DNA from: the human T2T-CHM13v2.0 reference genome, Homo sapiens
NCBI RefSeq assembly: GCF_009914755.1
Contig: NC_060925.1
Length of the DNA: 64,000 bases
Reading direction: 5' to 3' (one strand)
A program made the position numbers and the translations under genes. Below the pieces are notes generated by a model. The model worked only from the letters and a program-made list of their open reading frames with translations, did not search any database and was not told the origin of the DNA. Below, in pieces: positions 28,237 to 42,262 of the stretch (within the stretch, counting starts at the first letter, position 1; every line of letters begins with the position of its first letter).

Positions 28237-28607
28237 TATTGGGTTTAGAATTTTAGACCCTTAAAGTAGTCTGTGTTTGAATTAAGCTGGGATGTAATTC
28301 TGGGTGGGCTGAAGGTACTGAGCAGGTAATAAAGAAAGGAACGTAGGGACAATAACACAGACACAATTTCAATGGTCAGGACTGTGACAAATGGCAGAGG
28401 CTGGGTCTTATGATATAGGTTTTCATTCATATATTCACCCTCATTATTCATGTATTCTTTAATAAACAAGTGTATATTGAACATCCGTGTATCAGGCATT
28501 GGGGAGGACACTGGAATATAAGGACAAACATAACTATTTTGTTATGTGATAGGTGTGACAACAGAATACATAGGTTATATTTTAGAAGCACTTGGGTGAA
28601 TCATTCA

Positions 28608-28822
<215 letters not shown>

Positions 28823-28959
28823 TCATTGAATGTCAAATATATGCCGACTAACTAACTCTAGGACACAAAGTTAAGTGGGAGGGAGGGTCCTTTCTTCAAA
28901 AGCTTACAGCATGATGTGATCATTATATAATCAGATGTCACTAATGAGAGTTGGCTACA

Positions 28960-30900
28960 TCAGATAGGAAAGTGAAGGAAACTTACGTAGGTAGTAAAAT
29001 TTGAATGATGAGAGAATTAATTAGGTGAAGGTGGAATATATGTTTACATATATTATGTACAACATATAAATTTATTCTAGGCAGATAAGAAGTTTGTACA
29101 AAAGCACAGAGATGTGAAATGACAATCCAGGTTTGTAAAGCTAGAGTAAAGGATATATTTGGGAAAAGGCTGATGATGGTGCCAGGGAAAAAGGCAAGGA
29201 ACAGATAATGAGAACCTATGTGCTGAGCTATGGAGTGTGGCACTGAAGATTGTTTAAACAGATGATGTGACAGGATCAACATTTTGTAGAAGTATGGAGA
29301 ATGGGTTGGAGGGGGGACATTGTAGAGGTTATTTTAGTAATTCCCAGAAAAAAATGACAAGTCATTAAACTAAAAGAAAGCAGTGGCAGCAAAAGTGGAG
29401 AAAAAAAAGATGGATATAGGAAACATTAAGAGCTAACTATACAGGCTCTGATAGAGGGTCTGATAGGGGAGGTGACACATGTATTCATGGCATAGATTAC
29501 ATGGTGAACACCATTTGTCATCATAAAGAATTGATGAGAAGCAGCTCGTTTGGGAGTGGGAAGTGTGTATAAGAGATAAATTCAACTTTATTGAACTGAA
29601 TTTGAATTGCCCAGGAGTAAGTGGGCAAAACTGTCCAGTAGAAAATTAAATATGCAGTTTGAAACTGAGAGTATAGCATGTCGATCAGGAATATGTCATC
29701 AGCAAATTGGTGAGGGTTTATATTATAGATTTGGATGAATTCATTCAGGGAAAGCCTGTAGAATCTGAACACCAGACAGTTAAATGAGGAGACGTTAGAA
29801 GAAAAATGCTTCGACGAAACTGGAAAAAAGCAGAGGTGGAAGAAAGCTGGGAGGCTATGTAGTCCCAGGAATTTAGAATAAGAGAATTTCTCAAATGAGT
29901 ATGGGGTCAATAAACAAAATACAGTTTATCTATACAGTGAAATATTATTTGGTCACACAAAGGAATCCAGTACTGATACATGCTACAACATGGATGAAAC
30001 TTGAAAACATGCCAAATGAAAGAAACAAATCACAAAAGATCACTATGATTCCACTTATATTACATACCCAGAAGAGAAAAATCTACAGAGACTGAAAAGA
30101 GATTAGAGCTTTCTTAAAGCTGGGGAGAATGGAAGGATAAGGAGATAGTAGCTAAGAGAGACAGGGTTTCTCTTTGTGGCAATAAAAAATATTCTAAAAT
30201 TGACTGTGGAGATGATTGCACACATCTCTCAATGCACTAAAAACATTGAATTGTACACTTTAAATAGGTGAATTGTATGTTATATAAATTCTATATCAAT
30301 AAAACAAAAAGAGTATGGGTAAAATCAAACTGCAGTAATGAGGTCTAGTAAAATAAAGACAGGAAAATCTTGATTGGATTTGACAATATGGATAAATCAT
30401 TGGCAAACTTCATCAGAAATTTTAGTGATAAGGAGGAGTGAAATACAGATGACAGCGGGTAAGAGTGAATGGAAAGTGAAAATGTGGAGATGAACTCTTT
30501 CAAGAACTTTGGCTGAGAAAGGAATAAGGGAACTGAAAGCTAAGGATAAAGGCAGTATTTCTTTAAAAATGGGGGAGACCACAGAACATTTTCATATGGA
30601 AAGAGCCAGGAGAATATAAAAGTTTTGAGATTCAAGAGTAAGGGAGAGATGGAAAGTGATGGGATCTATTGCACAGGTGGAGGAGAGAAGAGGGGGAGTG
30701 TAAGCAAAAGGAGAAAGGATAGAGGATGATGGAGATGTTTGTAGCCTAGAAGTAGCAAGTTAAGGGAAGTGTTGTCATGTAGCTTCTGTTTTCTCGTTAA
30801 GCTAGGAAGCAAATCTGTTAAGGTTGAGTGGAATTTGGCTTGGTAGATGGTTTAGGAAGACAGTGAAGATTTTCACTCGTGAAGGAAATGGAGAAAGATG
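28960..30900 (-). mobile_element. Long degraded L2, split by the L1MB at 29910-30310
   Basis: Purine-rich L2-antisense motifs (ttggatttgacaatatgga, actctttcaagaactttggctgagaaagg). Confidence 0.65.
29910..30310 (+). mobile_element. L1MB (7/8-like) 3' end
   Basis: gtactgatacatgctacaacatggatgaaacttgaaaacat...attgaattgtacactttaaataggtgaattgtatg; TSD gagtatggg at 29897 and 30311. Confidence 0.85.
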
Positions 30901-30973
30901 CTTGTTAGAGATATGTTGGATTGCTAGGCAGAAATGAACTTCAACTGAGGTTGAAGACCAATAATTAGTAGTG

Positions 30974-30974
<1 letters not shown>

Positions 30975-31008
<34 letters not shown>
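30975..31008. repeat. (TG)17 microsatellite
   Basis: Read directly. Confidence 0.97.
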
Positions 31009-31010
<2 letters not shown>

Positions 31011-31107
31011 AACAGCTCTTAGGAAACTAGAAACAAGACAAAATGCTGCAACTGATTCAACTTTGAAGTTTTGTGGGCTACTGTATGTAAAGAGAATCAG
31101 AAAATCA

Positions 31108-31326
<219 letters not shown>

Positions 31327-32384
31327 CTAGTAGTCTGGGAGACAGTTGCTCAAACCTTATTTTAGCAACAGACCCATTTTGCTTAATAAGTAAGTTTAAG
31401 AAATAACTCTCCAAGGGAATAAACAGAGCTTCTTTGGTAAAAACAGGACAAATGACCTGAAGGCATATCTTTTAGTGTATTCTTTCTCTCTTCAGCAGTC
31501 CTTGAGTTGCCTCACAGGGTCCTAGGGCTCTTAGAACAAAATTTTAAAACCACTGGTCTATGGAAGACTTAATGAGGTGAAATAATAAAAACAAGATATG
31601 GAGATAATAACAACAGCAACAACAATCAACAAGATGAAGCTGGGAGAGGAGGAGAAGGAGAGGAGAAAGGAGAAGATGAAGATGAACAACAGGAAGAAGA
31701 GGAGGGGAAGGAGAGGAAGGAGGAGAAGAAACAGTAATTGAGCACTTCCTTTGTACTAGGCCCTGGTCTAAGTACTTTACATCTAATCTTCACAATAACT
31801 TGATGATTTAAGAAAACATATCATTTCTATTTTTATAGATGAGGGCATTGAAGCAGAGAGAGGTAAGTCACTTGCTGGAAGGCACTTGCTAGCATGAGGA
31901 GCGGCAGTCAGAGTGCATTATGAGAGTAATTTAATGCTGATTATGAGATGCATGCTTTACTGGTAAAGTCTCCTGTGTTGGTCCACAGATGGGAGCTATA
32001 GATGGGGCTGAGTGTGGGAATCAAATGAAGCCAGCTCTGGAGAGGCTGAAGGATGAGGAGGTTAAGAAACAAGCAAGACCTCAGAGGATCAACAGGACTC
32101 AGTGAATGACATAGGATCAAGGGACAGCAAGGAGTCCAGAATTATTCCAATAACTCAAGTCTTGGAGAAGTGTTGCATCTTGTAAAAATTTGAAAACCTG
32201 AAGAGGAATTTGGTTTAAGAGGGTAGGGAACAATTAGTGGTTATGAAATACTTAATGAGTACCAAGAACTATTATACTTAATAGACATCATTGTATTTAA
32301 TATAAGAAAATACCATTACCCAGATTTGACAGATGAAGAAACTAAGGCTTTCAAAGATTAGATAATTTTTCCAAAGTGATAGTC

Positions 32385-33365
32385 TCCATCAGAGTGAACA
32401 GGCAACCTACAGAATGGGAGAAAATTTTTGCAATCTACTCATCTGACAAAGGGCTAATATCCAGAATCTACAAAGAACTCAAATTTACAAGAAAAAAACA
32501 AACAACCCCATCAAAAAGTGGGCAAAGGATATGAACAGACACTTCTCGAAAGAAGACATTTATGCAGCCAACAGACACATGAAAAAATGCTCATCATCAC
32601 TGGCCATCAGAGAAATGCAAATCAAAACCACAATGAGATATCATCTCACACCAGTTAGAATGGCGATCATTAAAAAGTCAGGAAACAACAGGTGCTGGAG
32701 AGGATGTGGAGAAATAGGAACACTTTTACACTATTGGTGGGACTGTAAACTAGTTCAACCATTGTGGAAGACAGTGTGGCGATTCCTCGGGGATCTAGAA
32801 CTAGAAATACCATTTGACCCAGCCATCCCATTACTGGGTATATACCCAAAGGGATATAAATCATGCTGCTATAAAGACACATGCACACGTATGTTTATTG
32901 CAACACTACTCACAATAGCAAAGACTTGGAACCAACCCAAATGCCCAAAAATGATAGACTGGATTAAGAAAATATGGCACTTATACACCATGGAATACTA
33001 TGCAGCCATAAAATGATGAGTTCATATCCTTTGTAGGGACATGGGTGAGCTGGAAACCATCATTCTCAGAGAACTATGGCAAGGACAAAAAAACCAAACA
33101 CTGCATGTTCTCACTAATAGGTGGGAATTGAACAATGAGAACACTTGGACACAGGAAGGGGAACATCACACACTGGGGCCTGTTGTGGAGTGGGAGGAGT
33201 GGGGAGGGATAGCATTAGGAGATATACCTAATGTAAATGAGGAGTTAATGGGTGCAGCACACCAACATGGCACATGTATACATATGTAATAAACCTGCAC
33301 GTTGTGCACATGTATCCTAGAACTTTAAGTATAATAAAAATATATATATATAAAATAAAAAAAAA
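32385..33365 (+). mobile_element. 5'-truncated L1PA (about PA4-PA5), inserted in a MIR
   Basis: ORF2 C-terminus ([20 protein letters not shown]...), L1PA 3'UTR and A tail. Confidence 0.95.
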
Positions 33366-33541
33366 CACTTGAACCCAGGTGATTTTACTTTTAAATGCAT
33401 TGATTTTGGGAGTGACAGTAAGGCGCTATTGAGTACATAGATGAAGACAAATGTCTGTAGTCTGGGAAAAGATAAATTCTAGAGATAGAAGTTTCATTGA
33501 TTTCCACTTAGGATTAATAGGTGTAGTTAAAATTTCCAAGG

Positions 33542-33542
<1 letters not shown>

Positions 33543-33590
<48 letters not shown>

Positions 33591-33696
33591 CATAGATACA
33601 TAGATACATAGATACATAGACACATAGATAGACACATAGATACATGACAGATGATGATGATGATGATAGATGATAGGTAGATAGATAGATAGATAA

Positions 33697-33742
<46 letters not shown>
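33543..33742. repeat. Compound (GATA)n/(CATAGATA)n/(GAT)n STR
   Basis: About 12 GATA, then variant units, then about 10 GATA. Confidence 0.97.
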
Positions 33743-36700
33743 GCACAGCAAAGCAAAGGACTGAGGACTAAACCTCAGGGAAATAACTACATGTTAGAAG
33801 CCAGGAAGCAAAAGAGGAGCTACCTAAGAAGACATAGCTGACTTAAGAAGCAGAAAACCTGACTGCTATAGGCAGAAGTTTTCAGGTTTTTTTCACCCTG
33901 ACATCCAGTTAGAAAAGCATTTTGCATGACAACCCAGTATGTATATGGGTGTATATTTATGAATGTAGGCAAATCAAATGTTTTCAGATACAATATTTAC
34001 TGTTAACAGTGTTTGATGTGGGCTGATATTTTTCTTCTCTTTTTCTTTATAAAAATACACTTTGGATAGCAGCTCATTACAATTATTTCATAACTGAATG
34101 ATGGGTCACAAGCCAGTATTTGAAAACATTGCCCTATATCTACCCTCAAACATTCAGGGTACCACAGTGATGTGGTGATGCTGTGAGTTCTCAGGTTTGG
34201 CCAGCCATCTTAGAATAATAGCAAATATTAATGACTCTCAAATGGCAGCCTTCATAATTTATCTTGAGAAATTGTGGGCAATAGTTCCATCTCTAAGATC
34301 CACTCACTTTCTGTTTTTCTGACCCAATATTTGTTTTCTCCTCTCTTAATTTCTTGTTTTCCACTCAACTTTCCTTGTTCCCTTTGGCTTGGAAATTAAT
34401 TCTTCCTGGATTTGTTCTTCTTTTATTATTTTTTTAACTAAATGAATTAAAATAATTTACAAGCTGACCTTTCCATGTCATTTCCAGTCTTTCCTTGTGG
34501 CTGTTTTATGCTTAAGTATACTGTACCACGGTAGGAGAATGAACATTTTTTTGTGTGGTACATAGTTTCATTATATAATAATTTAATTATATGACAAATG
34601 AGGTTGCAAAACTGATCCTATTCATGGCACCTTGCACAGTGCTGCCAAATGCCCTGAGTTAACCTGACATTGTCAAGAATGAATCCTGGAAACCCAGAAC
34701 CCACAGATCCTGGAATGCCAAATGAAGTTTGTCATCAATTCTGAAACCAGGGCATCACAGTAAATAACATGAAACAGCTATTCTTCGATGTTCTTTCCTC
34801 CCTCTGTGGCATCTACATAAAATGGCTTCCCCTTGATGCATTCTGCTGTTGAGAACGTGAAAGGGACACCATCAATAAACACAATAGTATAGTGACAGTC
34901 ATATAAATTAACAAAGAACTTCTGCTGGAACTTGCTCAATTTGCAGAGATAATTATAAGATGTTAAGAAGTATTGACTGCCCATTTCATTGTTTCCATAT
35001 TTTAACTGGAGAGACTGAGGCTTGAGAGTCTAAGTGACTTAAACTCAGCTATTAATTTAAATAGCCAAGCCTGGATTCTAGTAGTGTACTTGAATAAGCT
35101 CCAAATGTAAATAGCTAGCAAATCTGTCTGAACTCTTTCTCAGAGAGGATGGCTATGTCTGTTAATTCCTATCAATTGTATAGAAAGTCAGAGGAGGAAC
35201 ACTGGACAAATGAATTTGACATGGCTTGCAGATGGAAGTTTTTAGAATTAGTGGGCTGATATAACCTATAAGTTGAACCTAAATATTTGGGATTGCTGAC
35301 TCAAACTTTTTTTTCCCATCACAAAAATTTTGTAGATTGCTCCCTCACAAATTGTATTGTACAGCAGATTCATCAGATTTTTGAAAAAATTCTGGTGCTT
35401 GAACTCTACAAAAATGTATTTTTAAACAAATTTCAGAGGTGATTGTGATCCTTGAAAAACATTGGACATCTCTGGTCTAATAAGTAACACATTTCTGGCA
35501 CATAAAGACCTAGGTTTATTCATTTATAAAATAAATAATTATTGAGTGTTGTTTTTAAGAACCTATGTTCTTCATTAGAGATAAAAAGCAGTAAGGCATG
35601 TATGCAATGAGCTCACAAAGTGGTAGTGGGAATAGATAAAATAGAAATCTGAAACAATGTAAAATATGATTTTGTGTTAAAATAAGATATGGGATGTCAT
35701 TGTGGATTCCATACAGCCAGAGTGAAGAGGTAGGAATTAGATTGTACTTCTGAAAGAGGTAAAATCTTATCTGGATATTGAGGAATCAATAAGACTTGGT
35801 AAGGGGAGGAGTAGGATTGTAGGCAATGGGGGATAGCGTGCATGAAAGTTTGGAGAAAATATCTAGGTGGAATTGGGGTAGATAGCAGTATCATTCAACT
35901 GGATCAGGGCACTTGCAGAAGGATAAGGAAATAAAAGGCTGAAGAGCAAGAACATAAAAAATCTTTAACATAAAACTAAGAGTTTTGGAACTAATTATTG
36001 AGTAATGAAGAGCCATGGTTGGCTTTGAGCAGAGACTGGCATGACCAGCATTTATTTCTCAAAAGAATTAATTTACAGCTGGGTGCAGGATGGGTTGGAG
36101 GAAGGATAACCTGGATATAAACAGATGGGTTAGAAGACTCATGATGTTGCTTCAGGCTTTAGCTTCCCCATTGCTTACTTGAGGTCTCTCATCTATAACA
36201 ATGCACATAACAACATGTTTCACATGCTCCTTCCCTGTCTTTTGAATCACTGAATTTGTGGGACAGATTCTATAAAGTCTGAGTGCTTTTGATCAAGTGG
36301 ATACTGAACCAGTGGAAAGTGGGCCTATAATCCTCAAAGAAAATTGAAAGACTTTGACAGCTTTTTCATGACTATTTGAAGGTGAGAAGGCATGGGATCT
36401 AATCCAAACTGTCTGGCTTTAATTGCTTTTCTTATTCTATGTTTTGCATGGGTACTATTGGTAGACAACACTGGCTCTTGATTCAATTGTTTGTGGCCTT
36501 TCTGTATTACGAACATGTTGATCTTCTCTTCTCTCTGCCTACTCTTTTGCTTCTTTTCTTATTTCATGTTCTAATCTCACCTTTTTGTAAAACTCATTTT
36601 TCCTTTTTTTCCCCTGACTGCCAACCTTTTCTTTAGGTTAGCCCAAGAGGGTCACCATGACCCTTTTCCTTTGGGAAAGGAGGGAGTGGGACAACTTGAT

Positions 36701-37639
36701 AATTATTATTTAGAGTGGAAACCTTTTCTTTTTAGTTGAATTATCTTAGTGTCATCCCAAGTGCCTTGCACTGTACTAGAAAATAATAAATTCTCAAAAA
36801 ACATTTTTGAAAGGAAGTACAACACACAACATCAGGCATATTTATGTCCTTAATAGTGAAGGTTGACTCTACTTAGATTTTTCAGGGCAGTTATGATTTC
36901 AGGTATTCTTTCCTGTTGTTTAATATTATAAAACCATCTATCCTGATTTTAAGTTTGAAAATATGCACGCCATACCCATTAAAGATAAGTATGAATCTGT
37001 ACCCCCAAACACAATACACATTAGAAAAAGACAATTCTTTGGGTATTTCCTCTTGGAAAAAGCCAAAATGAAAAAATAGAAAAAGAAAAAAAAACTGAGT
37101 GGCAAGAAGGAGGAGGTGGTGGGTAGATATTTGGTGGGTTTTGTTGAGCTCCGGTAGAAGGCTCTCTGGAACAGTTTAGCCAGCGTTTTCATTGGCAGCC
37201 TCAGCAGAGCCATTAGAACTATTAAACGAATGTATTGTTTTGAGTTTTCTTTGGCCCAGTCTCCCCCATTATTTAGGGAAACCGAATTGCACATTCTCAG
37301 GAAAGAGGGAAGACTGAATGCCAGTGACTTGAACCCTCCTTCATGGCGCACTGTAGATGAACAGGCCGGAGTGCTGGGGAGGGCTGAGAATTTCTAGCCC
37401 CTCCAAATTCCCATGTGCCAAGTGCTATATTGGCTCTGATCAGGATTCTCGGATTTTTTTTTCTCCTTCTGGTTAACAAGTAATCAGAGCTTTGTGAAAG
37501 TTCCTCCAATAAATTATATAGACCTTTTTATATCTGGCAATGAAACCTTTTTAGAATGTCTGCTCGGGAGCAGAGGGCCCTGATCTGGAACATCCAATCT
37601 CTCTGGCCTAAAAATAAACCTGGGTTTTAAGAAACTGTG

Positions 37640-37660
37640 GTGTGTGTGTGTGCATGTGCA

Positions 37661-37707
<47 letters not shown>
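37640..37707. repeat. (TG)n-type alternating purine/pyrimidine tract
   Basis: 68 bp of unbroken RY alternation. Confidence 0.95.
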
Positions 37708-38425
37708 TTGTAGGGGAGGCAAGTGGAGAATGCTAAAGGTCCAAAATACTTGGTTAATAGATCCTGGAGTTAGAAATGCTGACTTTTTTAAAAAAAATAA
37801 AAGATGAGGCTAAACAGAAGACCCATCCATCCTTCTTTTTAGCTTGTCAAGAGTGTCTCTGGGAGAAATGCCAGATGAAAAAAACTAGGATGAACTCACA
37901 TGGTTCTTTCTCCATTATGTTTCCATTCTCTGTTAGTTATTTTTGGTTGACCCCCCTTTTTGTTCCAAATACTAGAGTTAGGATAAATGGAGACAAAGTA
38001 GACCAAATTCTGCCTAGGGAAGCTCTTAGACAGAGAAGCATGGCCCCACCTAGTTGCATTTGAAAGGCCTGTTGCTTTAACCTATGCATACTGGCCCTTC
38101 CATTGTGTGGCTGCTTTTGTTACATCATCTAAAAAGATTGCCTGGTATAGGAAGAATATTCTAACTTAAATCTAATTTGGCTTTTTTATTCTTTAAAAAA
38201 TGAGCTTTTCTTCAGAAATTAATACATTCTGCTTGTAAATTTTCAAACAGTAAAGGAATAGTTCTAAGTTCCGTCTTTCTTCCATTTTCCCTGCCTACTT
38301 CTTCCCATCTTTCTACCACTTTTGAAAACAAGCCTTATTCTGAGTCTAGACCAGTTTGTAAAAGTATGTTTTATTGTTTTTTAAATAGACACTGTTTGAA
38401 ACATAATAAAAGTGGCCAGTGGCCC

Positions 38426-38530
38426 ATTTTCTTTTTTTCTTTTTCTTTCTTTTTTGTTTTTGAGATGGAGTTTCGCTCTTGTTGCCCAGGCTGGAGTGCA
38501 ATGGCGAGATCTTGGCTCACTGCAACCTCC
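38426..38530 (-). mobile_element. AluSp/Sq 3' fragment
   Basis: gagtttcgctcttgttgcccaggctggagtgcaatggc. Confidence 0.9.
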
Positions 38531-38886
38531 GGGAGGAATGCTGGGTTAAATAATTGCTTTTCATGTACTTGGTATTTTGCTATGTGCTTTACATACAATA
38601 TTTTATTTAATCAGTGTAGCAATTACAGAAGATAGATACTATTATTTTTGTTCTCATTTTTTACATTATGTTCATTTTTATATGATCGTGATTATTTTTC
38701 TAATCATGAAACTGAGACTTAGAGATATTATAAAAATGCCTGAGCTCATACAAGAAGAAAAGGGCAAGCCTATATTATCTCAGGTTATTCAAATTCAGAG
38801 CTACAATTTTTGTCACTACAGTTCCTATGCCATCCCCCAGGAATTTATTTATCTATTTTTATTTTTTTCAAAAGTATAATAATGAA

Positions 38887-40368
<1,482 letters not shown>

Positions 40369-40952
40369 AGATTTTGGGTTTACTTAGTATAGGAGGTCTC
40401 AGGATTTTTAATAATTTGCATTTCTTATAATAAAGAAATGAGTACACTCTTCTCCTATTTTTTGACCATGAAATCCCTTTTATGAAAACCTTCTTGAGGA
40501 ACCACTGTTTCTCATAAAACTTAATATAGTCTGAACCAGCCTCATCATCAACTTGGTCTTAATGACTCTGGGTGATGGAGGTATTATTGAGCCAAGTGTT
40601 TGCACAAACACTAAGAAAAGTCAAGGAGGTCTAGGTTAGTGTGTACAATTTTGCATCAAAGCCAGTTCAAATAGTCACATTTCTCCTAGAACTGCCATTT
40701 GACTCCATAATCCAGTTACTACTTATCCCTATAAGCAATCAGAGATAAAAATTGTGAAGCAGAAAGATTTCATGTTCCCAGAATTTTCTTTTCATTTTAA
40801 GTCCCAGTGAAAGATAACATTCTAGTTCTCTAGCTAGTGCCCAAGCCACCCTTCCTTCTATAGGAATGTCTCTGAAAGGTATGGATAAGTATTTTGCCTT
40901 AAAGAGTACATAAATGAGGAAGGCATGATTATTAGTTGTCTATGACTTATTT

Positions 40953-41010
40953 TAATTTAAATAACAATAATTGCAAAGGATAATTTAAATAACAATAATT
41001 GCAAAGGATA
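40953..41010. repeat. Perfect 28-bp tandem duplication
   Basis: taatttaaataacaataattgcaaagga x2. Confidence 0.97.
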
Positions 41011-41789
41011 CTTGATTGCATATTTGCTATAATTGCATATAATTTTAAAATTCTTTTTCTGTATTCTAAGTTATTTGATAACATGCATGTAGTACTTTTA
41101 GAATTAAACAAGAAGAGGCTAGGTAGAAATAATACAAGCAAAAGGACAAAGACACTGAGCAGCATAGGTGAGTGTGGGTGGAAAACTACCAGTAGTTTGA
41201 TGTTGTTGGAACATAATGCATCAACCTGACAGTGACAAGAGATGAGATGACTATAAGAAAGACCAGAGTTTGGTCAGTTTTGTGGCTTAAATGGATTGCT
41301 TCAGATGCTTTGTGGATGACAGTGAAATTGTAGCAAGAAGATAGAAGACCACTGCTATAGTTTGAGCAAGAGATAATGAGCCCATGATATTTAAGTGAAG
41401 AGGATAAAGTTGAACATAACTGATAGCTAAAATAAGTAAGCATCAGTAATTGAGTGTATGTTAGGGGTAAGAATGAATATGGAGGAGAAAGGATCACTGT
41501 CAAGTTTCTACTTAGGGTAAAAAAGAACAGAAAATGTAACTCTGCAATCTTCTCCATTGAGATATTTGGAATCATATGTGCAAGCATTAGTCTTCCCTCT
41601 AATCTTTATAGAACCGTATAGCTATGACATTCTCTTCTTTTTGAGGATGTAGAAATTCAGTCACAAAATAGTTAAGAGACTGTGTTCACCTATTGGTCTG
41701 AAAATGCATTGCCTTTTCTGGGTGTCAGTTTTTTTTCTATATGAGCATAAAAAACATATAAGACCTCACTGAATCCAAAATTAACAATA

Positions 41790-42030
41790 ACAAGGAACAG
41801 CTACCACTTATTCTACCCATCTTATAAGTAGGCATATGCTAAGTGCTTTATATAGCATGGCATTTTATCTTCACATCAACCAGGAGAGTTAATTATTACT
41901 TTATGCTACAGATGAGAAAATTGAGGTACAAAGGGGTTAAATAATGTGTCCAGGGTCACATAGCTAGTAAAAAATGGCAGAGCTGGACTGTAAATTCATG
42001 TCTGTCTGAATTCAGACCAATGCTCTAAAA
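41790..42030 (-). mobile_element. MIR
   Basis: Core acagatgagaaaattgagg...ccagggtcacatagctagtaa..tggcagagctgga. Confidence 0.85.
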
Positions 42031-42049
42031 ACATAACTTAGTGTAGAAA

Positions 42050-42262
42050 AGAGATTAGTGAATATTTCTGTAAATGGCCAAATAGTAAATACTTTAGCCT
42101 TTGCCGGTCTGCAAGCTACCTATGATCTCTCTTGCATTTTCTTCTTCTGTTTTTTTTTTTTTAAATGCTTTAAAAATGTAAAAACCATTCTTTGTTCACA
42201 GGCCATATAAAACTAACCATAGGCTGAATTTGGCTTATACCATCATAGTTTGCAGATTCCTG
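42050..42262. mobile_element. MER58B-like
   Basis: tttctgtaaatggccaaatagtaaatactttagcctttgc...aaaaatgtaaaaaccattctt...tagtttgcagattcctg. Confidence 0.7.

Noticed and set aside
33426-33756. SIYL-repeat ORFs with a His run
   Set aside because: Reverse-strand translation of the GATA/GAT STR.
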